From positions 136,152,001 to 136,216,000 of the forward strand of contig OZ024742.1 in the NCBI GenBank assembly GCA_964016885.1: a stretch of 64,000 nucleotides of DNA, read 5' to 3'. The translations under genes and the position numbers were made by a program. How positions within the stretch are numbered: the stretch's first letter is position 1; each line of letters opens with the position of its first letter. Below are positions 34,829 through 50,447 of this stretch, one piece after another. Below the pieces are notes generated by a model. It was not told the DNA's origin. It saw only the letters and a list, made by a program, of their open reading frames with translations, and made no database searches. The stretch comes from Eledone cirrhosa (taxonomy: Eukaryota).

Positions 34829-35455
34829 TGTGTTGGGTCCACTTCATTTCATCATCTACATTAATGACATTACTGACATCATCAAGCACAGCAACATAAG
34901 AATCTTCGGAGATGATTCCAAGCTCCAAAGGGTCATCAATGAGATGGTTGACCGGACTTGCCTTCAGTCAGGCCTACTGGCTTTTATCCAATGGGCAGAA
35001 AAGAATAATATGCTGTTGAATGAGGATAGATTTGAATTAATCCACTTAGGAAAAAAGGATGCCCCGAAACTACCATACTCTATCCCTTCGGGTGAAACTC
35101 TAGCGCATCTAACATCAGAGACCTGGGAGCAATTGTGGACAACAAAATAAGCTGGGCCACTCATATAAACAACAAAGTTGATATGGCCTGCAGAATGTGT
35201 TCCTGGATTCTCAGAAGTTTCCGGTCGAGAGATATCCACACTGATGTCCTTCTCTTCTCCACTTTTTCCCGACCCCACCTTGAATACTGTTGTCCCCTCT
35301 GGTCACCCCACACGAACAAAGTATCATGAAAGTTAAAGCACCCCAAAGGTCAATTACAAAACAGATAGATGGCATGACAGGCCTTAACCATTGGAGTCGA
35401 TTAGAAAAGCTCAAACATTATTCTCTCCAACGTCGCCGTGAGCGCTACATTTGGC
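34829..35455 (+). mobile_element. CR1/L2-group LINE reverse transcriptase fragment
   Basis: [14 protein letters not shown]...[10 protein letters not shown] (YADD-type motif)...[10 protein letters not shown]; RPHLEYCCPLWSP; [17 protein letters not shown]; several frameshifts. Confidence 0.92.
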
Positions 35456-35609
35456 CATGGTGCCCAAAGACTGATTTGTAAGACTTCGCCTGGTTGTGCC
35501 ATTAAGTTAGACAGGGCCCGGGCCAATACTGGCCGAAACCTATCAAATTTATCAAAGTTATATATATATATATATATACCTATATATCTATATACATTTA
35601 TATATATAC

Positions 35610-35720
<111 letters not shown>

Positions 35721-35748
35721 TATTTATATAAACCTTATTATTATATAC

Positions 35749-35789
<41 letters not shown>

Positions 35790-36027
35790 CATATATATAT
35801 ATTTATACATATATATATATTTATACATACATATATATATATATATTAATACATATATATATATATTTATACATACATATATATATATATATTTATACAT
35901 ATATATATATTTATACATATATATATTTATACATATATATATATTTATACATATATATATATTTATACATACATATATATTCATACATACATATATATAT
36001 ATATATTTATTTATATATATATATATA

Positions 36028-36071
<44 letters not shown>

Positions 36072-36103
36072 CATATATATATATATGCATATATATATAT
36101 ATA

Positions 36104-36164
<61 letters not shown>

Positions 36165-36348
36165 CTGAGTCTCCGTAAATATCAAATTCGTAAAAACAAT
36201 CACCTGAAGAATCAAAGTTTTCAGAACGACCAGAATGTGAGAATGAAAGAATGACGATAAATACTAGATTTATTTCGATGGATATATACTAAAGATAATG
36301 TCTCAGTTCAGTCATTCAGATCAAAGTAGAAGATATTTGCGTGTGTGC

Positions 36349-36384
<36 letters not shown>

Positions 36385-36419
36385 ATATGCCTGTCTGTTT
36401 TTGTTCTCGTCTAAGTTTG

Positions 36420-36473
<54 letters not shown>

Positions 36474-36538
36474 ATGGTATAGTTATACACACTTAAACGG
36501 ATATATATATATATATATAACAAATGTATATGCTTATA

Positions 36539-36582
<44 letters not shown>

Positions 36583-36584
36583 CA

Positions 36585-36632
<48 letters not shown>

Positions 36633-36903
36633 ATATATGCATATTTACATACCAATATAGACACACACACACAGACATACATATTCATTTATATATTCAT
36701 TTATATATATATATATACATACATATATATATATATATATTTTTTTTTCCAGTTATATATATATATAGATATATATTCATATATCAAATTGATATAGATA
36801 TTCATATATAGATAGATATATTCTTATATATATATATATATATATTTACATATATATATATTTATATATACATATATATATACATATATATACATATATA
36901 TGT

Positions 36904-37120
36904 GAAGGCGTGTGGCTGAGTGGTTAGAGAATTGGATTCACAATCTTGAGGTTGTGGGTTCGAGTCCTGGACCGGTCGATGCATTATGTCCTTGAGCAAG
37001 ACCTTTTATTTCACGTTTTGCTCCTTCTACCTGGAGTTGCGACCGATATATAGTATTAGCAACTGGAAAGACCGATGGAAACATTGTTTCCTCGGTCCGA
37101 TTTGACGAAAGTCGATCGAT
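36904..37120 (+). mobile_element. SINE family 2, young subfamily
   Basis: Matches 22389-22605; B-box ggttcgagtcc. Confidence 0.9.
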
Positions 37121-37130
37121 TTAAAAAATA

Positions 37131-37161
<31 letters not shown>

Positions 37162-37476
37162 TGAGACCGCATGCCCTGGTGTTAAGTGTGTTGGACTTAC
37201 GATAATAATCTTTGGGTACAATTCCTGTGCTGGCTGTGCCTGCTGTCGTGTTTTGATCAAAACACTTCATTTCACATTTCCCCAGTATACTCAGCTGAAA
37301 AAAAAATGAGTACTAGCAATATCTGGGGCTCCAACCCTGCGATCGACTGGCGTCTTGTCCAGAGGAATCCTGTATTGTCAGTCGCTGGATAAGCCCACCG
37401 GTCTCGAGACATTATTTAGATTTTAGCCTTAGTTAAATGTATATCTATATATATATATATCTATATATATATACAT

Positions 37477-37672
37477 AGGAAAAGAGTCAGGACCCCGACG
37501 GCTGAGCTCCGGCTGTTTCTGCAACTAGTTGTGGTGAACGCTGTGTCGAAATGGTCGGAGCTCAGCCGTCGGGCTCCTGCCTCTTTTCCTAATACCCACC
37601 CTACTACTCATAGTATCGAGTACTCTGGTGCGTTATGGTGCACATGGTTCCTTACCACAATTCCTTCGTTAT
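37477..37672 (+). mobile_element. Family B element with inverted partial copy
   Basis: gtc-GAAA-tggtcggagctcagccg-TC-gggctcc plus family tail; left arm ggaaaagagtcaggaccccgacggctgagctccgg is its inversion. Confidence 0.75.
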
Positions 37673-37715
37673 ATATATATATATATATATATATTATGTG
37701 TGTATATATATATTA

Positions 37716-37750
<35 letters not shown>

Positions 37751-37771
37751 TATGTGTGTATATATATATTA

Positions 37772-37822
<51 letters not shown>

Positions 37823-37825
37823 GTA

Positions 37826-38136
<311 letters not shown>

Positions 38137-38405
38137 AAATAGTTAATAAATCGAATGTTTACGCTCGTTTCAGAGAGCTTGATTACCTATGTGCAGATAA
38201 GTCTATATCAGTGATGCAAATGTAATCCACTACCACCACCCCGATATAATACCTTGATCCACTCTGTTGCCTATCCCCAGAAACTATTAATTAATTACTT
38301 CTTGTTTTATTCTCTCATTGCTTACATTTATCTGTCACCACTTTTCTTCGATGATATCCTCACGTCGAGTACATAAAGGGTTATAAATCCTAAATTAATT
38401 ACAGA

Positions 38406-38530
<125 letters not shown>

Positions 38531-38647
38531 TATTGAAGGTTCCGTTGAACATTGAAAAAGTCATAGGAGTGAAGAGTGCTCTATGTAAGTACCAGAGCTA
38601 AATTTAATGTTTATATATATGTATATATATATATATATATATATACA

Positions 38648-38736
<89 letters not shown>

Positions 38737-38739
38737 ATA

Positions 38740-38864
<125 letters not shown>

Positions 38865-39133
38865 TTTGTAGTGCTTGGTATGGTTGTAAATTGGTAATCA
38901 CTGTAATCATGTTAAGAAAAGCAGCCCAGTAGCTGGAGAACTCTGACATGTGGAACATGAAGCTTCCGTACATGATTTGATGTTTATATAGAGAGTGTGT
39001 GTTGTATGCCACAGACTATTGACAACTTTAGGTGGTTCGGTAATTCAATAGACTACTTTCATCTTGTGTGTTTTTATTCACATGTCATCAAATATTTACC
39101 GAACATTCGCCTGTCCTTTAGGATGTCAGGGTC

Positions 39134-39164
<31 letters not shown>

Positions 39165-39449
39165 TTATGTAATAAACAACATAAGATAATTATTTCATTT
39201 ACCAGTGGTTTCTTGAAAGCAAACAAAATTTGCTTTCAATCATCAGAATGAAAAAATCCTATATATATATATATATATTTATATATTTCTCTATCTTTCT
39301 ATTTCTCCGTAACCCAACGGCTTATTTTAAAAATATCCAATACTAATAATTAACGCTATAACTCCACTATCCGGGAGCTTCCAACAGTAATGGTTGCATT
39401 CTTTAAGGGTATGTCAATATTTATTTATAAAACTGATCTATATTATATT

Positions 39450-39505
39450 TTATCTGATGAAAGCACACCATAATTTAACTTGGCGTCCTTGAAATATGTA
39501 TAATG
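39450..39505 (+). ncRNA. Degenerate hammerhead-like motif
   Basis: CTGATGA-aagcacacca-taatttaact-tggcgtcctt-GAAA-tatg-TA; stem II pairs at 8 of 10 positions; stem I poor. Confidence 0.5.
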
Positions 39506-39695
39506 AAATAAATATGGTTTTATAAATATAGTTTCCATTTGTTAATATCGTATTTTTACTCCAAATATTTGTTGAGTGCTTTATATCAGTTATAAAAAAT
39601 ATTTGCCTGTTGTATCCCAACAATTTAAATAGAACTTTTACATATATATATATATATACGTATCACCCACCACTTTTGTAAGTGTGTGTGTGTGC

Positions 39696-39807
<112 letters not shown>

Positions 39808-40495
39808 CAGTGGACAGGGGAAGCTTCGTGTCTCCTAATACTACGAATATTTCTATTTCAATGCGCAGTATATTAGGGAAAATTTTTGCAGAAGTTCACC
39901 AGGGTACAATTGCATAGAACCCCCTCCCCCCCACACACATTTCTCCATTACACAAATGTAAAGAAAGGGTCGATATACCTTAGCGTTGGTGATGTCAATG
40001 ACAAACCTAGAATATAAGGGCCGAAAAAGGCTCGTGCTCATAATGATTCAATCAATTCAAACCTGGACAGGTCGTTGATTTATTGAACCCTGAGTGGGGA
40101 AATTGTCGCCGGAACAAGTTGAAATCAGTAATCAGATCACCTGTGTACATGCGCGCGACAAGTACATGTACACATAAATATATGCCATATATTTACGTGT
40201 ATTGCACTCACACACACACTCTTATACATAAGGCACGGCTTTATCTACGGTATATATGAGTGTGTATGTACATAGAGCATATAGACATATTTTATATAGT
40301 TACACAATAGGCATGAAAATAATTGGGCAGTGACTGGTTATAGTACTTAAGAATTAAATGGTCATTGTCTAATGTCAATAATAAATTACAATAAATTTGA
40401 ATTTTGAATTTTTCCTGTTTCCAGTTAATGTAACGAATCCTAACGTTCGAATAGGCCAGTATAATTCCTACGCGTATATTATATATATATGTTTA

Positions 40496-40560
<65 letters not shown>

Positions 40561-40713
40561 CGCGATGAATTAGTTTTGCGAGGTTTTTTATATGAAATAT
40601 AATATGATATATATATATAAAAGACAGCTAGAAGCGAAAACCAACCAAACAGTGAGTGTGTTCTGTTATTAATTCTGGCAATATTACGCAAATATGACCC
40701 TCCCCAAATATAA

Positions 40714-40740
<27 letters not shown>

Positions 40741-40745
<5 letters not shown>

Positions 40746-40894
40746 GAATAGCTTTCACCGTATTTTTGACTAAAAGAATTTTAACCTGATAATGGGGTTT
40801 AGAACCCTCAGATAAATGGAAAAAGATGAGTATTGACGTACATTATCAGGCTAAAATTCCTTTAGTCAAATATACGGTGAAAGCTATTCTATTT
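40741..40894. repeat. Inverted repeat, about 54-bp arms
   Basis: aaatagaatagctttcaccgtattt...cctgataatg / cattatcagg...atacggtgaaagctattctattt, adjacent to (AT)n. Confidence 0.85.
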
Positions 40895-41302
40895 TCTAAT
40901 TTCAAACCTGCTCACTGTTTCAAAACACATACTTACTTGATATATATATATATATGTGTGTGTGTATATATATATGTGTGTGTGTTTACATATACGTACA
41001 CATATATACATATGTAAACATGTACGTATATGTAAACACACGTATGTATGTATATTTGTATATATGCATATGTGTTTATATTGTATATATATATATATAT
41101 AGATCGACAGATAGAAGTAGACATGAATGTATGTAGAAAAGAACAGTGATTTCGATGTTCTATATTTGTTGCTTCATCTTGTAACTAGAAGAATTGACGG
41201 GGTTAAAAGATTTGAAGTGAAGACAAATTTTTAAATTAGAAAAGACATTTCAACTTCTAATATCTAGAGCTCATTCACATATATATATATAAATATTTTA
41301 AA

Positions 41303-41490
41303 TAATTGTTTCTACTTTAGACACAAGGGCGGCAATTACCCAGTGCATTACTGGTACTTTATTTTATCGACCCCGTAAGAATGAAAGGCAAAGTCAACCT
41401 CGGCGGGATTTGAACTCAGATCGTAAAGGGACGTAACTATGCTGGAAAACATGGCGTCCGACGCTCCACCGATACTGCCATTCCACCGCC
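41303..41490 (-). mobile_element. SINE family 1, full length
   Basis: Reverse complement matches 20939-21127. Confidence 0.9.
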
Positions 41491-41561
41491 AAATGTTTTA
41501 AATAATACGGCATTTTACAGACGTACTCTTGAACACATATCAACAAACAAACACATATATA

Positions 41562-41697
<136 letters not shown>

Positions 41698-42053
41698 GCA
41701 AACAAACAAACAAGAGGGTGCAATAACATAATGTATTAGTTTCACGCTTAAAATTCAACGCATCGGGTATTGGGCCTTCATCGGGAAAAGCGGAAAGAAA
41801 TAATAAAAAATGTATTAAAATAAAATTAGAAAGAAAATAGAAAGAAGTGGGGAAGAAACGGGAGCAGTAATGTGTGGGGGAGTGATTTGGCCTGCAGGAG
41901 AGGTGGTAGTGGTTAGGGATACAGTCGTGTAGGTGGGGTGTATATTATGAGTGTGGGTGTTAAAATGTGTTGTTGTTGGAAGTATGTGCACGCAGATGCA
42001 TGAGTATGCACACAAAAACACATGTGCACACACACACATACACACACACACAC

Positions 42054-42084
<31 letters not shown>

Positions 42085-42127
42085 AATGCACAGACACACA
42101 TACACACAAACTCATATATATATATAA

Positions 42128-42290
42128 AACAAAGGAAATGTGGTAAGGAACCAGATGGGCCATAACACACCAGAGTACTCAATACTTAGGGTAGTAGAGT
42201 GGGAAATAGGAAAAAGTATGACCCCAACGGCAGAGCTCAAGCCGTTTCGACGGCTATTTCTGGAAACCGTCGGGGTCATACTTTTTCCTA
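42128..42290 (-). mobile_element. Family B element with short inverted arm
   Basis: Minus strand gacccc-gacggtttccagaaatagccgtc-GAAA-cggc-ttgagctct-gccg-TT-ggggtc plus tail nearly identical to 30985-31120. Confidence 0.8.
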
Positions 42291-42336
42291 TATATATATA
42301 TATATATATAATATATGTGCATGCAAATATAATATG

Positions 42337-42382
<46 letters not shown>

Positions 42383-42950
42383 TACACACACATATATATT
42401 GGTGTGTATAAATATGATTGTAAATACGTATAAATATATATATATATAATACACACACACCACTGCGCATTTGTATATTATGTAAAATTCTACATGTATA
42501 TCCAGTTCACCATGCTGATATAATAATTGTCGCTATCGTTTACCGAAATACATTTAATAAAAATACACTCTCTATACCATTAAATGAATATACACATTCC
42601 ACAGAAATATACTACTGCGGTTGTGGCTGTAAACTTACAAAGCACACTTGTTCAGGTGATCGTCTGTGACTGTCTGTGGGCCGTAAGCAGAGGTATGCAC
42701 ACACGCACAAGCATTTTTTTTTTTTCATTGTAGATATGCGCGTAATTGTCAGTCTGGTCAACTTTCAGAACAGACACATACATACACATAATTCCACGCA
42801 CACACACACACACATGGATGTATGCATATACATAGAGGTATATAAATATGCATGTGTAATGGATATATATTTATATATGTATATATTATATATATATATA
42901 AATGTATAAATATATTTGTAAATATATATGTGTGTGTGTGTGTGTATATA

Positions 42951-43136
42951 ATAATTGTTTCTACTTTTGGCACAAGGCCAGCTATTACCCCAGTGTATTA
43001 CTGGTACTTTATTTTATCGACGCCGTAAGGATGCAAGGCAAATTTTACCTCGGCGGGATTTGAACTCAGAATGGCAAGGACCGTATCTCAATGCGTCAAA
43101 GCATGGCGTCCGGCCCTCTACCGATACTGCCAATCT
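42951..43136 (-). mobile_element. SINE family 1
   Basis: Shared head, domain and tail. Confidence 0.85.
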
Positions 43137-43145
43137 ACGGCACAA

Positions 43146-43185
<40 letters not shown>

Positions 43186-43368
43186 GTATGTGTAGGTATA
43201 TATATAATATATACATGTGTAGATATATGTATATAATATATGGGATATGTGTGTGTAAATATAAATTTGTATACATTTATATATAATATATATGCTTATT
43301 TATATGTAACATGTGTACATAATATCTATATTTATATATAACATATGTGTGTGTGTGTGTATATAACA

Positions 43369-43432
<64 letters not shown>

Positions 43433-43434
<2 letters not shown>

Positions 43435-43660
43435 TGATGATTTCTCACGAATGAAACAGTTCTAGTCCTGTAGAAGCTCTTCTATATTAAAACTTGTATA
43501 CTCTGCTATGTATTGAGTACCTTACTTACTGTGGTTACCTTCGATTCTAACCGGAATAAATTATATATATATAAGTGTATCCCGGGTTCAATCTGGGGTG
43601 ACCACGGTAAGTAGGGTACTCGATATTTCTCCCGAATGAAACAGTTCTAGTCCTGTAGAA
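43433..43660 (+). mobile_element. Family A hammerhead element plus rearranged second copy
   Basis: CTGATGA-tttctcacgaat-GAAA-cagttctagtcctg-TA-gaagctc (43434-43479), tail to 43555, inverted tail 43580-43625, then a second GAAA...ctgTAgaa half. Confidence 0.8.
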
Positions 43661-43949
43661 CGGTTTAATTCGGAGAATTATATATTTAAAATGTATATAA
43701 TATGGGCAAAGGCAGTACAATGAACGAATACGGAGAGTGGTCCCATCTCAACGGACTACCGCACCGAATGTTAAAGCACAGAAGCAACGTATCTCAAGCG
43801 GTCGACCGATAAGATGAGACCACTGTCTGTATTCGTTTTATTTTCGTGTCTTCGCCTATATTTTTTATTCAATTCTGTGCTTATCTATCTATCTATCTAT
43901 CTATCAATCTATCTATCTATCTATTGGGGAAAATCGATTAACTTTTAAA

Positions 43950-44223
43950 TTGCATTTGTGATAATATTTTACACGTTTTTATTGTATGTAAACTTCCCCC
44001 TTTGTATTTGTCCCCTTCTTTTGTGCCCCTGCGGCTAATAAAGAAACATATCTATCTATCTATCTATCTATTTGAAATTGTTTGTTTTTATATTTTTTTA
44101 CACGACTGTATGTAAAATCCCCGGCATGTCTTTGTATTGTCCCCTTTCTTGTTGCGCCCTTGTGGCTAATAAAGAAATCTATCTATTTATGTATGTAGCT
44201 ATCTATTTATGTATGTATGTATG

Positions 44224-44299
<76 letters not shown>

Positions 44300-44300
44300 C
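43950..44300 (+). mobile_element. Two tandem LINE-like 3' ends (possibly Tx1/L1) in (TCTA)n
   Basis: Two diverged units ending cccctgcggctaataaagaaa and cccttgtggctaataaagaaa, each followed by TCTA repeats. Confidence 0.55.
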
Positions 44301-44537
44301 ACACACACACACACACACACACATATATGTGTATATATTTCTCCCAGAGCCTTATACTATTATGTTTTTGCATCATTGTAAATAGTGTTGTCATTTATTT
44401 AAATAATATATATATATAAATACGTTTATATATATAAATATGTTTACATATATGTGAATTTATATATAAATGTATATATATGTTTGTGTATATATGTATG
44501 TATACATATGTATATATATATATATACCTATATGTAG

Positions 44538-44575
<38 letters not shown>

Positions 44576-44886
44576 GTGTGTGTATATATATATATGTGTG
44601 TTTATATATATATATATATATATATGTGTATATATATATATACATACATGTATGTATATGTATATATGTATATGTGTATGTCTACACATAGACATACATA
44701 TACATATACATGTACATATGTATATGTATGTCTATGTGTGTATATATATATATGTATATACATATACATATATATGTATATATATACATATATATATATG
44801 TATGTATATAGATATCTATGTATGTATGTATATATGTATTCATATATATGTATGTATGTATATATATATATGTATGTGTATGTATG

Positions 44887-44936
<50 letters not shown>

Positions 44937-45034
44937 TGTATGTATGTATATATGTATATGTATGTATGTATGTATATATGTATATGTATGTATGTATATA
45001 TGTATATGTATATACATATATATATATATATATT

Positions 45035-45066
<32 letters not shown>

Positions 45067-46401
45067 TATGTAGGTATATATATATGTGTGTGTGTGCGCG
45101 CGTGCCCATGTATTTGTACATGCTCTTTTCATTGTGTATTTGTTTCTATGTCTTGTTGCATACACATACACACATGAAATCTTATTTGAGAATGAAAAAT
45201 AGATGTTTATTCATTGAATGTAAGAAATGATTTGTTTATAAGCATAAACGAGAGCTGCCAGTTTAGTCTAATGCTTTTATTAATTGTATTGTGAACGTTT
45301 TAACGTTTATCTTAGGCGGACAAGACTTTACATGTCGCAATGTTTCAGATGCCATGCATTGTAGAACTGCTTCTTGTAGTCAACTATATATTGCCTTTTG
45401 ATGGACAAGCCTCTGTTCCGATAAAACTGAATGTCCTGCTCGTGAAATTATCATTCCCGTTGCTGAGGATTCATTCACATATAGATGTAATCTTAAGTAG
45501 TCGGCAGGGGATTCATTGTGACACAATGAGTGAAAGTATTTAGCTGTTTGAATTACATGTATAACTTATTTTTGTTAGCTGAGTTGAGTGAAACAACATA
45601 AAATAAAGTACTTTTCTTTAAGCCCCAGTATACACTTCACCATCAGTATTCGATCTCATGGCCTTATGAATACCCTAACCACTACGCCACTTGTCTTCAC
45701 ATCATTTCGTTATTTAATCCCTAACCATACAGTGCTGAAGGCGCATATCCTAGTTGTTAGGCTTTATGATTCACGATCCTAAGATTGTAGTTTCGATTAC
45801 TGGTCCAGACGTTACATTGTGTTCTTCAGCAAGACATTTCATTTCCGTTGCATTTCCCGTTGCTTTTTACGAGAAAGGCTAGTCTGTTTCGTTGTAACAC
45901 CCTAGAAACGCCTGCAATTAAACTGCATAGGCGGCGAAATAGACCTTCTTACACATTTGTGATTGAGGTGGATTAATTGGGGTGTTGACATGGTTGCAGC
46001 CAGAGAGGGGGCTGGCAGAGTATTTAAGGAGAACTAAATTTATATTTTTGCTAGCATATATTATAGACTAGAAACCCGATGAATTTTAAGCAAGGAGCCA
46101 TACGCTAGATTTTCTCTTAAAAGATCTTGTAATGCCTTAGCAAAATATATCTAAAACTTGACTAGTTAATTAAAATGTTTATAGTATCTTTACTAGATGA
46201 GAGATCTTTAAAATTTATAGTAAAACTTTAATTATTAATGTGATGCAACCATAGTGCTGTTTTATATTCCTCTACAATGTCCTGCTAATGCAATTTCATT
46301 TAATACAGTACATTAAGTGTTAATTCGTCGCTCTGAAAATGCAGTCCCATTCGTTGTGAATATCATTCTGCAATCCCGAACACGCATGTGATGCGTGTTT
46401 G

Positions 46402-46437
<36 letters not shown>

Positions 46438-47552
46438 GACCCAGTACATGGATGCTAACTTATCTTGTCGACCGTCATTTGAATTCAAAATGCAGAGCCA
46501 GAATTTATACCGGAAGATATTTTGTCCGACGATCTAACCAATTAGTCATATCCGAACTTGCATACTTGCAATCGAAATAACATTTCGTAAGATATAACAG
46601 GAAATGTTTATTTGTGCAAACTGTATTAGCAGAGAACTTTGGTTAGGAAAAAAATATTGATATTCACAATGAATTAAATATGATAAACAAGAGCAAATTG
46701 ACAAAACAAGAGCAAATTGACAGTCAGAATTAGAAACGTAATGATACGCGTCTGGATGATTGCATATTTGAATGTATTGTTTCTTACTCCCAATATAATG
46801 ACAAAACCAGCCACTGCCGTTAACGTCAAACATACAAAGATTAGTTTATTGTATACTTCAAGTTGAAAGAACGAAGAAAATATAGGAAAGCGGGCGAAAT
46901 ATTGTAGGGTCTCTCTAAAGCTTTTTTTTTTTTTGTTTTACTTTATAAATTGAGTCTGTCGGGATTTCCCAGACTAACCCGGCCGATTACTGATTCACTG
47001 GTGTTAAGCGACTGAGAGTACAAGGCTCCTGTGCGACGAGATATCAATGCTTCGCAAGTTTAACCAACAGCTAATACTGGTTTGTGGACTAGGTCAACGT
47101 AAAATGAAGTATTTTGCCCAGACATAATACACTACCTAGTCTGCTAAACATGCATCCAACAATCTAGCCAGAAACCCTTTCCTGGTACTTAGATTTTAGG
47201 GTTTACATACTATTCATCCTGCTGTTTGCAAGTATACATTCTTTTCTTACTCTTATATCAAGATTCTGTTGTGTGTGGGTGCATCCATTCATTTGATATA
47301 TGTTGACCTGTATGTGTGGCTGTCCTGTACATTATTGTGAGCGAGTCCAAATATTACGGGTACAGTACCAACGAGCGATAATCGCATGTTGGTTACATAA
47401 TCATTTAAATATATAAAACAAACTCGCACGCACGCATGCACGCTCATCCTCCCTCGCTCTACAAATCTCTCTGCACACATACACACACACACACACACAT
47501 ACTCACACTCACACTCACACACACATATATATATCTATATCTATCTATCTAT

Positions 47553-47699
47553 CTAAGGCGGGTAACATTCCCGAGATCCATGGACGAGTTCTCTCCAGCG
47601 GTCTCTGTCCCTCATTATCGCTGCCATGTCCTGCATCTCCAACAGGCCAGTGTCTGTCCTTAGGGCATCAACATACGTTAACCTTGGTCTTCCTCTTCT
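47553..47699 (-). mobile_element. RTE-clade LINE 3' end
   Basis: RRGRPRLTYVDALRTDTGLLEMQDMAAIMRDRDRWRELVHGSRECYPP* followed by a (TAGA)n tail. Confidence 0.85.
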
Positions 47700-48921
47700 A
47701 GAATACTAAGTCATTTGTCCTTTTTGTTTACTGGTTTCTGTGTGTCATACTATGCGAATGTAGGAAAAAGCAGTGGCTGTGCTTTGAGAGGGAGAAGAGT
47801 GAAAATGAATATATTATAAAAATGTGGAGAATTAGAGAGGTGCGGTGATTAAGTTAAAACTCTAAAGTATGAACGAATGACATAAAGGGACAGAGGGAGT
47901 AAGTAAGAATTTCATGCGTGATATCAGTGTGTGGGAGAGGCTGTTGTTAAGAAATGAAGAGGTGGTCGAGACAGATGTCGATTAAGAGGTAGAAAATGGA
48001 AGCTGTTGATACTTAAAGGGTGAAGAAAAATAATGAAATATATAGGTCAGTGAGATGGATAAAGGAAAAGGCGTTGCTTTACACTTTTTATTCACAATTG
48101 TTGTATAAAATAAGTACCACCGGCATATTGTAGCAGTAGATTCAAAGGAATATAACTAGACTAATGGTCCTGTACTAGGGTTAGAAAGTATTTGGTAGAC
48201 TATTTAGAGTGCCAGAAAAAGTCCCAGAGAAAAGTTAAACCTGTCACATATATGCCCATATTTCTATGTTATTTTGTCTGTCTGTGTGTCTGTCTGTATG
48301 TATGTATGTATACTTATGTGGACACATACCTGACCACATCAGTGACTCCGCTTTGGCCTGTAAAGTGTATGAGAATGTATATATTTGTGCACGTTTGTTT
48401 GTTCAACAAACTGTTATCTTTTCTGTGACATGCACTTATAATTTCACGACACACAATTATACTCAGACGCACGCAAAAAACACACACACACGTGCATTAT
48501 GCATGTACTGCAGAAGACAGGATAAAATATCAATAATTGTCAAAACACACTGCTGCCTCGATGTTTTCTGCACCAAACTGTTACCATTTTCTTTTCTTCC
48601 TGACAGGATTCTGCAGATTGTTGAATCAAAAAAAAAAAATATTTATCAATATCCACCTTTATCATCCTTACCAACTCCACTATAGCTAATACTAACATTC
48701 AATTGAAAAGAAAGACAACAAATAAAATTTCCCGTAGCATACACAAATGTCAACATCAATCATAAGAAATCATTATTACTCAATTTTGCCTAAGAGAATT
48801 GTTTTGTTTCACGGAAATTGCAAGGAGCAGGTTACCAGCCTACAAACATATTCACAGACGCACACACGCATATATGACATGCCTGTATATCTGTCCCCTT
48901 CTCTCTCTCTCTATGTATGTA

Positions 48922-48993
<72 letters not shown>

Positions 48994-49057
48994 TTTATGC
49001 ATATATAATATATATATATATATGCGTGTGCGTATAAGAGAAATCGGTGGATGAGCA

Positions 49058-49094
<37 letters not shown>

Positions 49095-49962
49095 CTCTCT
49101 CTCTCTCTATATATATATATATGAAAGACAAAGAAAATAGTTGAACATAGAGAGTGTTTCTGTAGTACACACACGCATAAATATATACATATGATGTAAC
49201 AACACAGCCATGTCCTTGGTGTTTATAAGGAAATAAAGAACAGCATATAGTAAAAGAGTAAAACACGAAAAAAAATAAAATATTCTGAGTGGGGAAAAAG
49301 TAAAGCCAGTTCAAATTCATGCCGTGAGGAATTGAAGGTGGTCGTGTGTGCACACGTATGTGTTATATAGAGGTCTGCGTGTGTGTCTTTTATTTATTTA
49401 TATATTTATTTAACAAATTATAATGAAATGAGAACTAAAAATGTAATAATGGAATGATCCACCATACTAGAAATGTATCGAAAATGCCATAATCGATATA
49501 AAAATGAATGCGTAGCCACATATAATGGCTCTCTCTCTCTCTGTCTCTCTCTCTCTCTCTCTCTCATATAAATATATATAGATATCCATTTCATCAGGGA
49601 TAGTGTTTTTCTTATCTTACATTACCTAGACCGAATATATTTGCCTCGGGTGCATGAAGGTCTTCTGTTTGTGTGAGGAAAGGTGTTCCATGTATTCAAT
49701 TTACGGGAAGATATGTTTACTGGGCCGACTAACATAATATTTTATAACGTGTATGGAAATAGATATGTAGATGACTAATGCTTACACTATTACGTGTTTC
49801 GGGTCAATCTCTAAACAAACATTTTATTATTAGTAGGGTTATCAAGGCGCTGGATTGGTAGAATCGGAAGAGCGTCGGACAACATGCTTCGTGACATTGT
49901 TACCGTCCTTTACATACTGAATTCGAATCCCACCGAGTTCGATAAAATAAACACCAGTAATG

Positions 49963-50245
49963 TCCTTAGTGACTTCGATCGTTTTATATGCGTGTCAGTG
50001 CTGGGCTTTCACAGTTGACATGTAAAGAAGAATCGAGTCATTCGAACACAAGGGCTTAAGAGGGTTAATACACATCCCATAGACGGAGCACAAAACAAAT
50101 AGCTTTGTCAGGCAGCAAATTAAAAAAATATGCTGGCAAACAGAACCTACTCCTTGCGATGGTGGAAAGACGGAAGATTGCCTGGTATGGTCATGTATCC
50201 AGCTACAACTACACGTCTGAAACCATCCTTCATGGCACAAAATTG
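49963..50245 (+). mobile_element. RTE-clade LINE ORF fragment, with stops and a frameshift
   Basis: SLVTSIVLYACQCW...RRIESFEHKGLRGL...EHKTNSFVRQQI / LLAMVERRKIAWYGHV...ETILHG. Confidence 0.85.
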
Positions 50246-50256
50246 TTTGCCTTGTG

Positions 50257-50447
50257 CGGTGGAATGGCAGTATCGGTAGAGGATCGGACGCCATGCTTTG
50301 CAGCAAAGAGTTACGGCCCTTTATGGTCTAAGTTCAAATCCCGCCGAAGTTAACTTTGCCTTTCATCCTTACGGGATCGATAAAATAAAGTAACAGTAAT
50401 GTACTGGGTAATTGCTGGCCTTGTGCCAAAAGTAGAAACAATTATTA
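50257..50447 (+). mobile_element. SINE family 1 abutting the RTE fragment
   Basis: Full head, domain and tail; an older degenerate copy follows at about 50450-50680. Confidence 0.9.
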
